DNA from: an uncultured Clostridia bacterium
GTDB taxonomy: Bacteria > Acidobacteriota > Aminicenantia > UBA2199
Direction of reading: 5' to 3'
DNA length: 64,000 nt
Assembly (NCBI GenBank): GCA_964465065.1
Contig: CAYXHZ010000002.1
Location: 41,588-105,587, forward strand
Positions 1 to 8,997 of the stretch are shown here, in pieces; within the stretch, counting starts at the first letter, position 1, and each line of letters begins with the position of its first letter. The notes under the pieces were generated by a model that was not told the origin of the DNA, made no database searches, and was given only the letters and a program-made list of their open reading frames with translations. Both the position numbers and the translations under genes were made by a program.

Positions 1-301
1 GGCAATGGCGCAGAAACCAGCGTCTCTGGCAGACTTTTTTTGTCATCAACCGCCTGCTGAACCGTATCTTCGCACCCGGATCGCTTTCCTGGATCTACCG
101 GATCACCCCCACCCTGCTCAGACTGGAAAGCCAATCCGAGTATAAAATCGTCCACTGCGGCAGAACCATCGGCCGTTTCGACCCGACCAGCGGCAGTTAC
201 CATTTTCGCAAACCATGGTCGCTGTTCGTCTCGCGCCGTTTTGTCCGCGAACGGTTGCGCGTCTCCAACTCAAACGACAAGAACAACGAGCCCCCGACAT
301 G
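1..301 (+). CDS. Possible 3' end of an upstream gene (partial, no start in window); open frame runs to TGA at 299-301, overlapping the ATG of the next gene (ATGA)
   Basis: Frame 3 is open from position 3 to 301 and its stop overlaps the EamA start codon. No recognisable motif. Confidence 0.2.
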
Positions 302-1174
302 AGCACGAAAGCCCGCATCGCCCTTCTGTTCACCTGCTTTTTTTGGGCAATCTCCTTTGTTGCCAGCAAATCCGCGCTGCAATACTTTCCGCCGATCACC
401 GTCGTCACCCTGCGCATGATCGTATCATCGCTCTGTTTCGTACTGCTGTTTCTGCGGAAACGGCCGCACATTCCCTACCGCCGCATGTGGCCGTCCCTGC
501 TGCTGCTTTCTCTCTTCGGCACCGGCCTGCACTACACCGTGCAAACCTACGGACTGACTCTGACCAGCGCCGCCAACGCCGGCGTGTACGCCGTCACCTC
601 GCCGATCACCATCAGCGTCATCGCCTGGATTTTTTTACATGAACGCTTGAGTTCCCGTAAGCTTTTCGGTATGCTCCTGGCCCTGTTCGGCGTTCTGCTG
701 GTCATCGGCCCCGAGCAGATCCGTAATTTTTCCATAGCGGGGCATCTCCTGGGCGATCTGCTGGTCATCGCCAGCATATTCATGTGGGGCGTATTCACCG
801 TCCTCAGCAAGCACTACGGTTCCAGCCTGCCCGCCCTGTCTCTGACCGCGGCCATCACCTTCCTGGGCACAGCCATGATGCTGCCCTTCGGGATCACGGA
901 AATCTGCAATGCCCCGACCGTCATGGAAAGTGCGCCTTGGCAAGCCTGGCTGGCCATCCTGTTTCTGGGCGTCACCTGTTCGTTTCTGGCCACACTGCTG
1001 TACCTCTACGCCCTCCAGGGCAGCGAATCCCAGAAAGTGGGCACCTACCTGTACACCATTCCGCCGATGACCCAGTTGGCCGCTTTTCTCATCTTGGGCG
1101 AGGCCATCGCCGGCCTGGCCATCGTGGGCATGATCCTGGTCCTGACCGGTGTCTGGATGACGGAAAAGGGCTGA
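299..1174 (+). CDS. EamA/DMT-family membrane transporter
   Basis: ORF 215..1174; internal ATG at 299 (MSTKARIALLFTCFFWAISFVASKSAL). About 10 hydrophobic segments consistent with two EamA repeats. Confidence 0.75.
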   Translation: MSTKARIALLFTCFFWAISFVASKSALQYFPPITVVTLRMIVSSLCFVLLFLRKRPHIPYRRMWPSLLLLSLFGTGLHYTVQTYGLTLTSAANAGVYAVTSPITISVIAWIFLHERLSSRKLFGMLLALFGVLLVIGPEQIRNFSIAGHLLGDLLVIASIFMWGVFTVLSKHYGSSLPALSLTAAITFLGTAMMLPFGITEICNAPTVMESAPWQAWLAILFLGVTCSFLATLLYLYALQGSESQKVGTYLYTIPPMTQLAAFLILGEAIAGLAIVGMILVLTGVWMTEKG

Positions 1175-1183
1175 AGGCTCGCG

Positions 1184-2338
1184 ATGGCCATTCTGGTTTT
1201 TTTTCCTTACCTCCCCTACCCGAGCTATCACAGCGGCGCCAGCGCACTGGTGTACCAGCTGCTGTCCCGACTCGGCCGGCAGGAGGAAGTCGACTTGGTG
1301 GTTTTTGAACACCCGGGAATCTGTCAACGCGATGTGGACCATGTCAGAAGCCGGGTCGACAATCTGTTCATTCTGCCGTTCTCCATTCCGGGTCAGCGTC
1401 GATGCCTGATCCGGCATTTCCTGAAAATGTCACCGGTCGGCCCTTCGCTGCGCCGGCACATCAAGTCTCTTCTTGACAAGAAAAACTACCGAAAAATCAT
1501 ATGTGCGTCGTATCTGTCGACCATCATCATCGGCCGGAAATATGCCGACAGAACCATCGCGCTTCCCATCGACGCCTTTTCCCGCCTGCACCGACAATTG
1601 TCCCGGACAACGGCGCAGAAATCCGAACAGTTGAAACATCGCTTCAGCGCCAGACTGTTCGCCCATTTCGAAAAGAGCGAATTGCATCTTTTCAGCAAGT
1701 CGCTGCTGGTTTCCTCCCAGGATTGCCGCTATTTGAACCGTCTCAATCGTCAGCTGAAATGCGAGGCCATTCCATTGGGGATAGAGTCACAGCGTTTTCA
1801 GGCAGGTCTGGAAAAACGCGAGCCGTTCAGCCTGCTGTTTACCGGAAATTTCGCCTATCTGCCCAACCATCAGGCCGCACTGTACCTCTTGCAACTGATC
1901 ATGCCCCGTCTGAGCGCTCTGAATTCCGAGATCCGTCTGTACCTGGTCGGCATTCACCCCAGTCGGGAAATGCTGACTTACCGCAATCATCAGGTCATCA
2001 TCCCGGGCTACGAGGACGACATCGATCGCTTCTACCGCACTTGCCAATTGTTCATCTGCCCGCTGCTCTGCGGAACCGGCATCAAAAACAAAATCCTCGA
2101 GGCCGGCGCCGCCGGAATGCCGATCCTGGCCTCTCCGCTGAGCCTGGAGGGTCTCGACCTGGACCGGAACGTTTTCCAGACCGCCCGGAACGCCGACGAA
2201 TACTGCAGTAAAGCCATGACTCTGCTGACCGACCCGTTTCAGTGCCAAAAGCTGGGATCACTCGGCCGGGCGCAGATCACCAGCCGCTACGACTGGAAAA
2301 ACCTGATCGGCCGGTTCGCCGATACCATCCTCTCCTGA
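1184..2338 (+). CDS. Glycosyltransferase family 1 (GT4-like)
   Basis: 384 aa. The C-terminal half has the GT1 signature region (LFTGNFAYLPN...GTGIKNKILEAGAAGMPILASP). Starts 10 nt after the EamA stop. Confidence 0.75.
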   Translation: MAILVFFPYLPYPSYHSGASALVYQLLSRLGRQEEVDLVVFEHPGICQRDVDHVRSRVDNLFILPFSIPGQRRCLIRHFLKMSPVGPSLRRHIKSLLDKKNYRKIICASYLSTIIIGRKYADRTIALPIDAFSRLHRQLSRTTAQKSEQLKHRFSARLFAHFEKSELHLFSKSLLVSSQDCRYLNRLNRQLKCEAIPLGIESQRFQAGLEKREPFSLLFTGNFAYLPNHQAALYLLQLIMPRLSALNSEIRLYLVGIHPSREMLTYRNHQVIIPGYEDDIDRFYRTCQLFICPLLCGTGIKNKILEAGAAGMPILASPLSLEGLDLDRNVFQTARNADEYCSKAMTLLTDPFQCQKLGSLGRAQITSRYDWKNLIGRFADTILS

Positions 2339-2434
2339 CAACCCCCGCAACTTTCATGCGTCGGGGAAATGTGTTTTTCCGGAAGATTCGAGCCAAATTA
2401 CATGCTATTATTATGGCAAGGCAAGGAGAAAAGA

Positions 2435-2956
2435 ATGGCCATACGCCCCGTTCTGCTTTTTGGTGACCCACGGCTGCGCAAGCCCAGCGAACCGGTCAAA
2501 CGCATCCAGGATGTCCGAATCGTCGACCTCCGTCGTGACCTGTACGAAACCCTGGGCCATCTCCAGCTCAGCCACCGCCGCGGCGGCGGGCTGGCGGCTC
2601 CGCAAATCGGCGCCTTGCTTCAACTCGTCTGCATCCGGGTTCCGCAACGGACCATCTTTCTCCACAACCCCGAGATCCTGGACAAGAGCCAGGAGCTGTT
2701 CGAAGTCTGGGATTTCTGCTTCTCGGCCAAGGCCGCATTCATGGCCCGGGTCATCCGTCACCGCCATGTCACCCTTCGCTTCCTGGACGAGGATGGCAAT
2801 CAACGGCAGGAAACCTTCAGCGATTACATGTCCGAACTCATTCAGCACGAATTGGATCATCTGCAGGGCGTACTGTTCATCGACCGCATCACCGCCCCGG
2901 ATTCGCTGATGATGGCCGAAGAGTATTCCAAAAGAATTGCCCAGAGCCAATCTTAA
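2435..2956 (+). CDS. def: Peptide deformylase (divergent)
   Basis: MAIRPVLLFGDPRLRKP N-terminus; motif I GGGLAAPQIG; HELDHLQG metal-binding motif III; RBS AAGGAGAAAAGA upstream. Motif II reads DFCFS rather than EGCLS. Confidence 0.8.
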   Translation: MAIRPVLLFGDPRLRKPSEPVKRIQDVRIVDLRRDLYETLGHLQLSHRRGGGLAAPQIGALLQLVCIRVPQRTIFLHNPEILDKSQELFEVWDFCFSAKAAFMARVIRHRHVTLRFLDEDGNQRQETFSDYMSELIQHELDHLQGVLFIDRITAPDSLMMAEEYSKRIAQSQS

Positions 2957-3070
2957 CCGTTCTTTCATCCACACCGCTCCATATCGCCCGACCAGGCTGA
3001 AACCATTTTGACCGGGGTGGCGTCATGGTTATGTCAGACAGTCGATCCGCTTCAAACCGAGGTGATTCGA

Positions 3071-4219
3071 ATGAAATGCATAGCCTTCATTATCATGAGT
3101 GGTTTATTGAGCCTTCTTCCCGCTTCCGAACCGGTATCCGGAAAAGCGCCGACTCTGGGCAAAGGTCCCCTGGCCTTGACCGAGCTGTGGTCCCATGCCG
3201 GCAGCCCTGAGAACCCCCTGTCGGGAATCACGCGCCTGCGGGTTTCCGCAACAGGTGAAATATTCGTCATGGACCGGAAACAATTCCGGATTTTTGTCTT
3301 TTCCCAAGACGGCAAGCTGCTTCGATCGTTCGGAAAAAAAGGCGAAGGTCCGGGCGAAATCCGGATGCTGATCGATTTTCACCTCAGTCCCGGACGGACA
3401 GTCCTGGTCGACGTGAACAGCCTGCACCTGTTCGATCACTATGGAAATTTTATCGAGACCCATAAACTTCCCGAATCGGAAAACATCAGCCCACTATTCT
3501 TTGTGGATGACGACCGTTTCGTGTACGCACCGCGAAAACCGATGGAGAAAAATGGTCAAAAAGAACTCAGATTGTTCCACTTACGCGATAAGACCTCGAA
3601 ACTCATCATCGACCGGGGGGGTGACGACAAACCAGCCACGCCAACAGGCATGTACGGTGGCACTGTCATGGTCATCGGCAGCGGATCCTACCGCGACAAT
3701 GAAGGTCTGCTGGCCGCCGCCGGTCCGGACAACACCCTGCTCTGGACTTTCAACGGTACGCCGGAACTGGTGATCGCCGATTATTCAGGCCGGGAACGGA
3801 TCCGATTCGCCGCCCAGGGTGCGCACCGCATGCCGATCGACGAAGCCGCCAAACAGGCCGCCATCAAGCGCATGCGTATCGTCGTCAACGGCGCATCGCT
3901 ACCCAAGGACATGGTCGACCGTCTGAAAGGAACGATCCCCGACCAGGCCACCTATTACTATTTCATTGGTTCCGGGCCGGCCCGACAGGCAGCGATTGCC
4001 GCCTACATTTCCGAATTCGGTCGTTCCGACGGTTATGCTTTCGATTTCTTCTCCAGTAGCGGTGAATACGTTTATCAGGCGGATTGGCGTCTGCCATCGC
4101 AATCAGAAACCGTTTCGGCCCCTCCGGTTTTCTTCGGGGATCGTCTCTACGCCGTGTACAGCGATCCGGACGGAAATATCGAACTGCACGCCTATCGGGT
4201 CGAAGCCTTCAAACAATAG
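3071..4219 (+). CDS. Secreted 6-bladed beta-propeller (NHL/TolB-like) protein, paralog 1
   Basis: Signal peptide MKCIAFIIMSGLLSLLPAS; motif FGKKGEGPGEI shared with the paralog at 5833..6849; RBS GAGGTG upstream. Confidence 0.6.
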   Translation: MKCIAFIIMSGLLSLLPASEPVSGKAPTLGKGPLALTELWSHAGSPENPLSGITRLRVSATGEIFVMDRKQFRIFVFSQDGKLLRSFGKKGEGPGEIRMLIDFHLSPGRTVLVDVNSLHLFDHYGNFIETHKLPESENISPLFFVDDDRFVYAPRKPMEKNGQKELRLFHLRDKTSKLIIDRGGDDKPATPTGMYGGTVMVIGSGSYRDNEGLLAAAGPDNTLLWTFNGTPELVIADYSGRERIRFAAQGAHRMPIDEAAKQAAIKRMRIVVNGASLPKDMVDRLKGTIPDQATYYYFIGSGPARQAAIAAYISEFGRSDGYAFDFFSSSGEYVYQADWRLPSQSETVSAPPVFFGDRLYAVYSDPDGNIELHAYRVEAFKQ

Positions 4220-4245
4220 CGTCTTCATATCACTCCAATCCCCGG

Positions 4246-4289
4246 CCCCTCTCCGCTTGGGGAGGGGCTTTGGGACTGATTGTTTTTTC
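4246..4289 (+). terminator. Rho-independent terminator (CCCCTCTCC-GCTTG-GGGAGGGG stem followed by a T-run)
   Basis: GC-rich hairpin at 4246-4269 with one G-T wobble, then TGTTTTTT at 4281-4288. Lies directly after the stop of the 3071..4219 gene. Confidence 0.6.
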
Positions 4290-4349
4290 ATATTGACATC
4301 GTCGGCCACCGATACTAATGATATCTCAAGATCGTTATCGGAGGCCTCC

Positions 4350-5786
4350 ATGAAACAGAAACCTTCCTGGCGCAAACCGGCTGTCGCTGCCTTGCTGTGG
4401 CTGACCCTGGTCAGCTGGACCTGCGTCACCAATCCGGTGACCGGCAAAAAAGAGCTGATGCTGATCTCGGAAGCCGACGAAATCGCCATGGGAGCCCAGG
4501 TGCATCAGGGACTGGAGATCGAATACGGCTTTTACGAAGCCCCTGATCTGACCGCCTACCTGCGAGCCGTCGGCAACAGCCTGCTGCCGGCCGTGCACCG
4601 TCCGCACCTCAAGTACCATTTCCATATCCTGGACACTCCGGTTCAGAACGCCTTCGCGGCCCCAGGCGGCTATATCTACATCACCAGAGGCCTGTTGGCC
4701 ATGATCAACTCGGAAGCCGAGCTGGCGGTCGTGTTAGGCCACGAACTGGGCCATGTCAACGCACGGCACAGCGCCCGCACCCTCAGCCGTAACATCCTGT
4801 TCGGAGTCGGACTGGTGCTGGCTTCCGAACTCAACGACGACATCCGCAAGACCATGCCGGTGGTGCAGATCGCCACCTCGCTGCTGTTTCTGCAATACAG
4901 TCGCAACGACGAGTATCAGGCCGACCGACTGGGAATCGACTACGCCCGCTCGGCCGGCTACAATCCCGGTGTCATGATCGAATTCTTCAACAGCCTCGAA
5001 CAGCTCAGCGCCGAGAGCGGCGGCGGCCTGCCCAACTTCCTTTCCACTCACCCGCTGAATTCCAAGCGTATCGAAGCGGTCAAGCTGATGCTGAAGAGCG
5101 ACGATCCACAGTTGAAAATCGAGGAGCGGACCTTTCTGGGCAGGATCAACAACCTGGCGTACGGCCCGTCCGACGAGGCCCTGCGTATTGTCAACGGGCA
5201 GATCATCGCCCCCAGGGACGGTTACGCCATGACGCTGGCCGAGGGCTGGCAAGCCCGGCAGCAGAGCGGAATCGTCACCCTGGTCAGCGCCGACGAACAA
5301 ACCGTGCTGATGGTCAAAAACGGTCCGGCCGATCAGCCGCTGACGGTTCTGCACCGACAGCAGCTGGAAAATCTGAATCCCTTGAACATCCTCGATCAGC
5401 AGGCGTCGGTCATCGCCGGCCGGCAGACGCAGCTGACCCGGGCCGAAAAGCTGGAGAACGGCCAGCGCGCCTACGGCCTGCAACTGCTCTCGCTGATTCA
5501 CGGCCAGCAGGGCTTCGGCTTTTACCTGCTCAGCGAGCAGGCCTTCACTGCCGAGCGGATCGACGAGGTTCGCTTCATGGTCGGCAGTCTACGCGGCATT
5601 CGACGCAGCGATCTGCCACGGGGCAAGCGCCTGCAGACCAGGGCCGCCCCGGGCGGGCGCAGCTTGCAGGACCTTTTCAAAGCCTGGGAAATCCCTTCTT
5701 CGGAGTGGAAAACGCTGGCCTTTCTCAACCGCCTGCCCCTGGATCAGCCAGTCCGCGCCGGACGTCTGGTCAAAGTGATCCGCTGA
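4350..5786 (+). CDS. M48-family zinc metallopeptidase with long C-terminal extension
   Basis: ORF 3966..5786; ATG at 4350 (MKQKPSWRKPAVAALLWLTLVS signal). HELGH motif (VVLGHELGHVNARH) and downstream E (NDEYQADRLG) are typical of M48 / BepA-like proteases. Confidence 0.8.
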   Translation: MKQKPSWRKPAVAALLWLTLVSWTCVTNPVTGKKELMLISEADEIAMGAQVHQGLEIEYGFYEAPDLTAYLRAVGNSLLPAVHRPHLKYHFHILDTPVQNAFAAPGGYIYITRGLLAMINSEAELAVVLGHELGHVNARHSARTLSRNILFGVGLVLASELNDDIRKTMPVVQIATSLLFLQYSRNDEYQADRLGIDYARSAGYNPGVMIEFFNSLEQLSAESGGGLPNFLSTHPLNSKRIEAVKLMLKSDDPQLKIEERTFLGRINNLAYGPSDEALRIVNGQIIAPRDGYAMTLAEGWQARQQSGIVTLVSADEQTVLMVKNGPADQPLTVLHRQQLENLNPLNILDQQASVIAGRQTQLTRAEKLENGQRAYGLQLLSLIHGQQGFGFYLLSEQAFTAERIDEVRFMVGSLRGIRRSDLPRGKRLQTRAAPGGRSLQDLFKAWEIPSSEWKTLAFLNRLPLDQPVRAGRLVKVIR

Positions 5787-5832
5787 TCCAGCCGCAATAA
5801 ACAGAAAATCGAGCCGGCAAGCCGGCTGCGCG

Positions 5833-6849
5833 TCATTTCAGGGAGCGGCGGAACAACTCCCATTTTTCGCTGTCGTCGTTTTCGCTCAGCCAGTAAAAAA
5901 CCGACCGGTCGGCCGTGTACAAAATATTGTACTCCATGCCGTATTGCTCCGGCAGCGGCAGAGTCATGCGTTTGATCTCCCGGCCCTTGAGATCCATGAC
6001 GATGCACTCCCGATCCTGCCCCGCCAGCTTGTTGGTCAGCACATAGATCCGCTCGTCGTCCACGAAGTAGGTGAATATCGGCGGATAGGTTTTCTTGTAG
6101 CTGATACGGGTTTTGAAAAACTCCCAGGCGGCGGCGTAGTTGGGATTGCGTTTGAAAGCCTTTTCGGTTTCCGTCTGGTAGGAGGCTGGAACAGGCAGGG
6201 ACGGTTCCTTTTTGGCGATGCGGTACTGCCGGTCGCCCTGGATATCGAAAACATCGATGGCAAAGCCGTCTTTCCCGGCGGTGATGAACAGCTGCCGCTC
6301 GCTCATGGACGGGTAGAACGGAGCGATGGGGAAATCCAGTTTGAAATTCTGCCCCACCTCGAAATCCGATGCGTACAGCAGTTTACCCCGGTTCAGGTTC
6401 TGATCCGCCAGAAAGATCGCCAGAACGGTCTTGCCGTCGGCGCCCTGATGCGATCCCATACAGACGAAACGGTCCGCGAACGGATAGAAACTGTCGAAGG
6501 CGTTGATCTTGTGTTCCCGGATGAACTCGCCGGTCGGGCTGAAAACCGACAACTTCCCCATGCTGGTTATGTAAAGTTTGCCCTGATGCGGTACGATGAT
6601 AATCGGCCCGCCGAACGGATTCTTCTTGATTTCGCCTGGACCTTCGCCCTCTTTTCCGAATTTGCCGAGGTATTTGCAGCTGTCCAGTTGATACATGTGA
6701 ACGGTGATGCCTTCCAGGACATAGATCATGTCCCGGGTCACGTAAAGGCCCTCCGGCTTGTTGAGTTCAGCCAACTCCACCGTCTCTTCGGCTACAAGCG
6801 GCATCAGGGCGACCCAGACGATCAGCATCCACTTGATCATTTTCTTCAT
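5833..6849 (-). CDS. Secreted 6-bladed beta-propeller (NHL/TolB-like) protein, paralog 2
   Basis: MKKMIKWMLIVWVALMPLVA signal; GKFGKEGEGPGEI motif identical in type to 3071..4219; RBS AGGAGGAG upstream of ATG at 6849. Confidence 0.65.
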   Translation of the reverse strand: MKKMIKWMLIVWVALMPLVAEETVELAELNKPEGLYVTRDMIYVLEGITVHMYQLDSCKYLGKFGKEGEGPGEIKKNPFGGPIIIVPHQGKLYITSMGKLSVFSPTGEFIREHKINAFDSFYPFADRFVCMGSHQGADGKTVLAIFLADQNLNRGKLLYASDFEVGQNFKLDFPIAPFYPSMSERQLFITAGKDGFAIDVFDIQGDRQYRIAKKEPSLPVPASYQTETEKAFKRNPNYAAAWEFFKTRISYKKTYPPIFTYFVDDERIYVLTNKLAGQDRECIVMDLKGREIKRMTLPLPEQYGMEYNILYTADRSVFYWLSENDDSEKWELFRRSLK

Positions 6850-6989
6850 CGGATTCTCCTCCTGTTTCACACAGACAATATAGGTCGGGATGAATCGCAT
6901 GTCACCGGAAATTCGACGAACAGCCTCAGAGATACGGTAAATTGCGCCCTGGGCGGAAAAACTCTCCACGAATCGACTTTGGCCGCGGA

Positions 6990-7430
6990 TCAGTCCCGCG
7001 CCGTCGTTTCTCTCCGCCAGGCCATCCGGGCTCCGTCCTCGTCGATACCGTAGTAATTCTCGACCACCATCTCGGTGACAAAGCCGTGCTTTTGATAGAA
7101 CTGCATCAGGGAATCCTTGCTGATGCGGGCCATCAGTTTCACGTACCCGTACTTGTCCATGACCCGGCGCAACAGTTCCTTGCCGATTCCCTTGCCCTGG
7201 TGATCGGGATCGACGGTGATATCCTGAAGTTCGGCGAAACCGCCTTTCTTGTCCATTTCCACGAAGGCATAGGCGATGACATTACCTTTCTGGCTGACCG
7301 CCAGCAGGCATTCGCTGCTTTCGACCAGTGCCTCGATGATGCCGATCGATCCAGGCCAGACGCGGTTGTGGATGCGGATCAGCTGGGAAATCTGCTTAAG
7401 GTTGCCGAGTGTCTTGATGAAGTCAGACAT
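6990..7430 (-). CDS. GNAT-family N-acetyltransferase
   Basis: 146 aa. The acetyl-CoA motif region HQGKGIGKELLRRVMDKYG and the ...FYQKHGF C-terminus are typical of GNAT. Confidence 0.75.
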   Translation of the reverse strand: MSDFIKTLGNLKQISQLIRIHNRVWPGSIGIIEALVESSECLLAVSQKGNVIAYAFVEMDKKGGFAELQDITVDPDHQGKGIGKELLRRVMDKYGYVKLMARISKDSLMQFYQKHGFVTEMVVENYYGIDEDGARMAWRRETTARD

Positions 7431-8427
7431 GTTCTCCTCCCGGACGATACAGGTGATAGTGAGTCGTTTGCGTGTTGATCAGAGCCTCTTTGTATGGCGC
7501 CATGCAGGCGCTGAGGTCGTAGTGGCGGATGCCGAGGCGCCGGCAGTGTTCCATGTTCTCGAATATGGCGAAAATTCCCAGACTGCGCCGCTTCTGCTGT
7601 TCTGAACAGTCGCGCAGGCACAGGTAGTCGTCCACACCGTTCCGACCGCGACGCACCGAAAAATTGGCGGCAATCAGGCTCGTCCCCTGGTAGAAGTACA
7701 GGGAGATCAATTTGCCCATTTCGGCCGCCCGCTCCATGAGCTGGAGATCGGTGAGAATCTTGTCGCGGCTGTAGCTGTACTCCTGCTCGCTGTCTGCACC
7801 TTTCTTGACCAGCCAGTAGTCCAGCTGAGAGCGAAGAATGGCGGAAATTTCGCCGCGGCGCACATCTTGACCGGCCTGCACTCGCAGGTCGCCGTTGATG
7901 CGCTGCAGACGGCGGAACTCTTTACCTGTCCGATGGTCAAGCCCGGCCAAATAGGCCGCGCTGTCCGCTTTCAAATCGATGACGCCGCTGGGCGCGCTGA
8001 CGAAAAATTCGCTTCTTTCCGGGATGTAGAAGCTGCTCATGTCCTCCTGATGAATTGAGGAGAGCAGGGAGGCGAAACGGTGGATCAGCTCGGGCGGGCA
8101 GAAGTATTCCCGGCCGATGATGAACTCGTCGCACAGGGACCAGGGCGCCGCGTCATCTTCCTGAACCATCGGGAAAATAGCCTGGGCCCGGCCCTGTTGC
8201 ATTGCGGCCAGAATCCACAGGCGGCCGGTGCGACGGGCATAGAAATGCTCCCACATCAATCGATGCGCCTGCCAGTCCAGGCTGAGTTCACCGTCCTTGT
8301 ACCTCTCGTTTAACTCCAACCAGTAGGGTTTGACAGACTCGTAATCGCCGAAGGCCCTGAGCTCGAAATCTTCTAACCCATGCAGCCTGGCCAGCTCGTC
8401 GCATGTTTCACGGAAAGGAAAATTCAT
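7423..8427 (-). CDS. CelD/BcsL-like (FemAB/Acetyltransf_6-type) acyltransferase
   Basis: ORF 7423..8637; ATG at 8427 (MNFPFRE...). Size and sequence flavour (...RRSLGIFAIFENMEHCRRLGIRHYDLS...) resemble the GNAT-like CelD family. Overlaps the GNAT gene by 8 nt. Confidence 0.45.
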   Translation of the reverse strand: MNFPFRETCDELARLHGLEDFELRAFGDYESVKPYWLELNERYKDGELSLDWQAHRLMWEHFYARRTGRLWILAAMQQGRAQAIFPMVQEDDAAPWSLCDEFIIGREYFCPPELIHRFASLLSSIHQEDMSSFYIPERSEFFVSAPSGVIDLKADSAAYLAGLDHRTGKEFRRLQRINGDLRVQAGQDVRRGEISAILRSQLDYWLVKKGADSEQEYSYSRDKILTDLQLMERAAEMGKLISLYFYQGTSLIAANFSVRRGRNGVDDYLCLRDCSEQQKRRSLGIFAIFENMEHCRRLGIRHYDLSACMAPYKEALINTQTTHYHLYRPGGEHV

Positions 8428-8505
8428 TGCGTTTATTATACCGCAAATCAGTCCGGATCGGGTCGGGATGGTTGTTCGCCAACGCCGAGAATGGTATAAG
8501 GAGAC

Positions 8506-8997
8506 ATGACACCTGCAAGTCCACAAAACCAAGCCCTGCTGCAGACCATCGCCGCCGTCAAGGAAGAACTCCTCGCCACCCGCGCCCGGATCGGTTCGGT
8601 GGCCGGACTGTTCAACGAACCCATCGACCGCCCCCATGCGGTCAACCTGTGGTCCCTATCCGACCGCGAGCTCGAACAGCGCCTGGCCCGTCTGCTCAGT
8701 TTCCAGAACAGCGATATGGATCCCCACCCCCTGCCCCATCACGTCAGTTCGCACCGCCGTCGCCTCGGCCCCTTAATTGTCAGCATCAAGCGTCTGATCA
8801 TGAAGCTGTTTCGCCCGATCAGCGGACCGCTGTTGACCCCGCAGCAGAACTTCAACCAAATGGAAGTCGAATACAACCTCGGTTGCTTCATCCGTCTGGG
8901 TCAGCTCGACCAGCGCATAGGGCAGCTTGAAGAGACGGTACAGCGTCTGGAAATCGCCATCCTCGCCCAGGATGTGCAGCGGGAGAACAGCCGATGA
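8506..8997 (+). CDS. Hypothetical protein, coiled-coil rich
   Basis: 163 aa; RBS AAGGAGAC upstream; candidate extended -10 TGGTATAAG upstream. Its stop overlaps the start of the next GT gene (ATGA). Confidence 0.5.
   Translation: MTPASPQNQALLQTIAAVKEELLATRARIGSVAGLFNEPIDRPHAVNLWSLSDRELEQRLARLLSFQNSDMDPHPLPHHVSSHRRRLGPLIVSIKRLIMKLFRPISGPLLTPQQNFNQMEVEYNLGCFIRLGQLDQRIGQLEETVQRLEIAILAQDVQRENSR

Noticed and set aside
635-1417. 260-aa minus-strand ORF opposite the EamA transporter and GT gene
   Set aside because: Antisense shadow across two supported genes; low-complexity composition.
5944-7053. 369-aa plus-strand ORF opposite beta-propeller paralog 2
   Set aside because: Minus strand carries signal peptide, RBS and the paralogous GEGPGEI motif; plus frame is a shadow.
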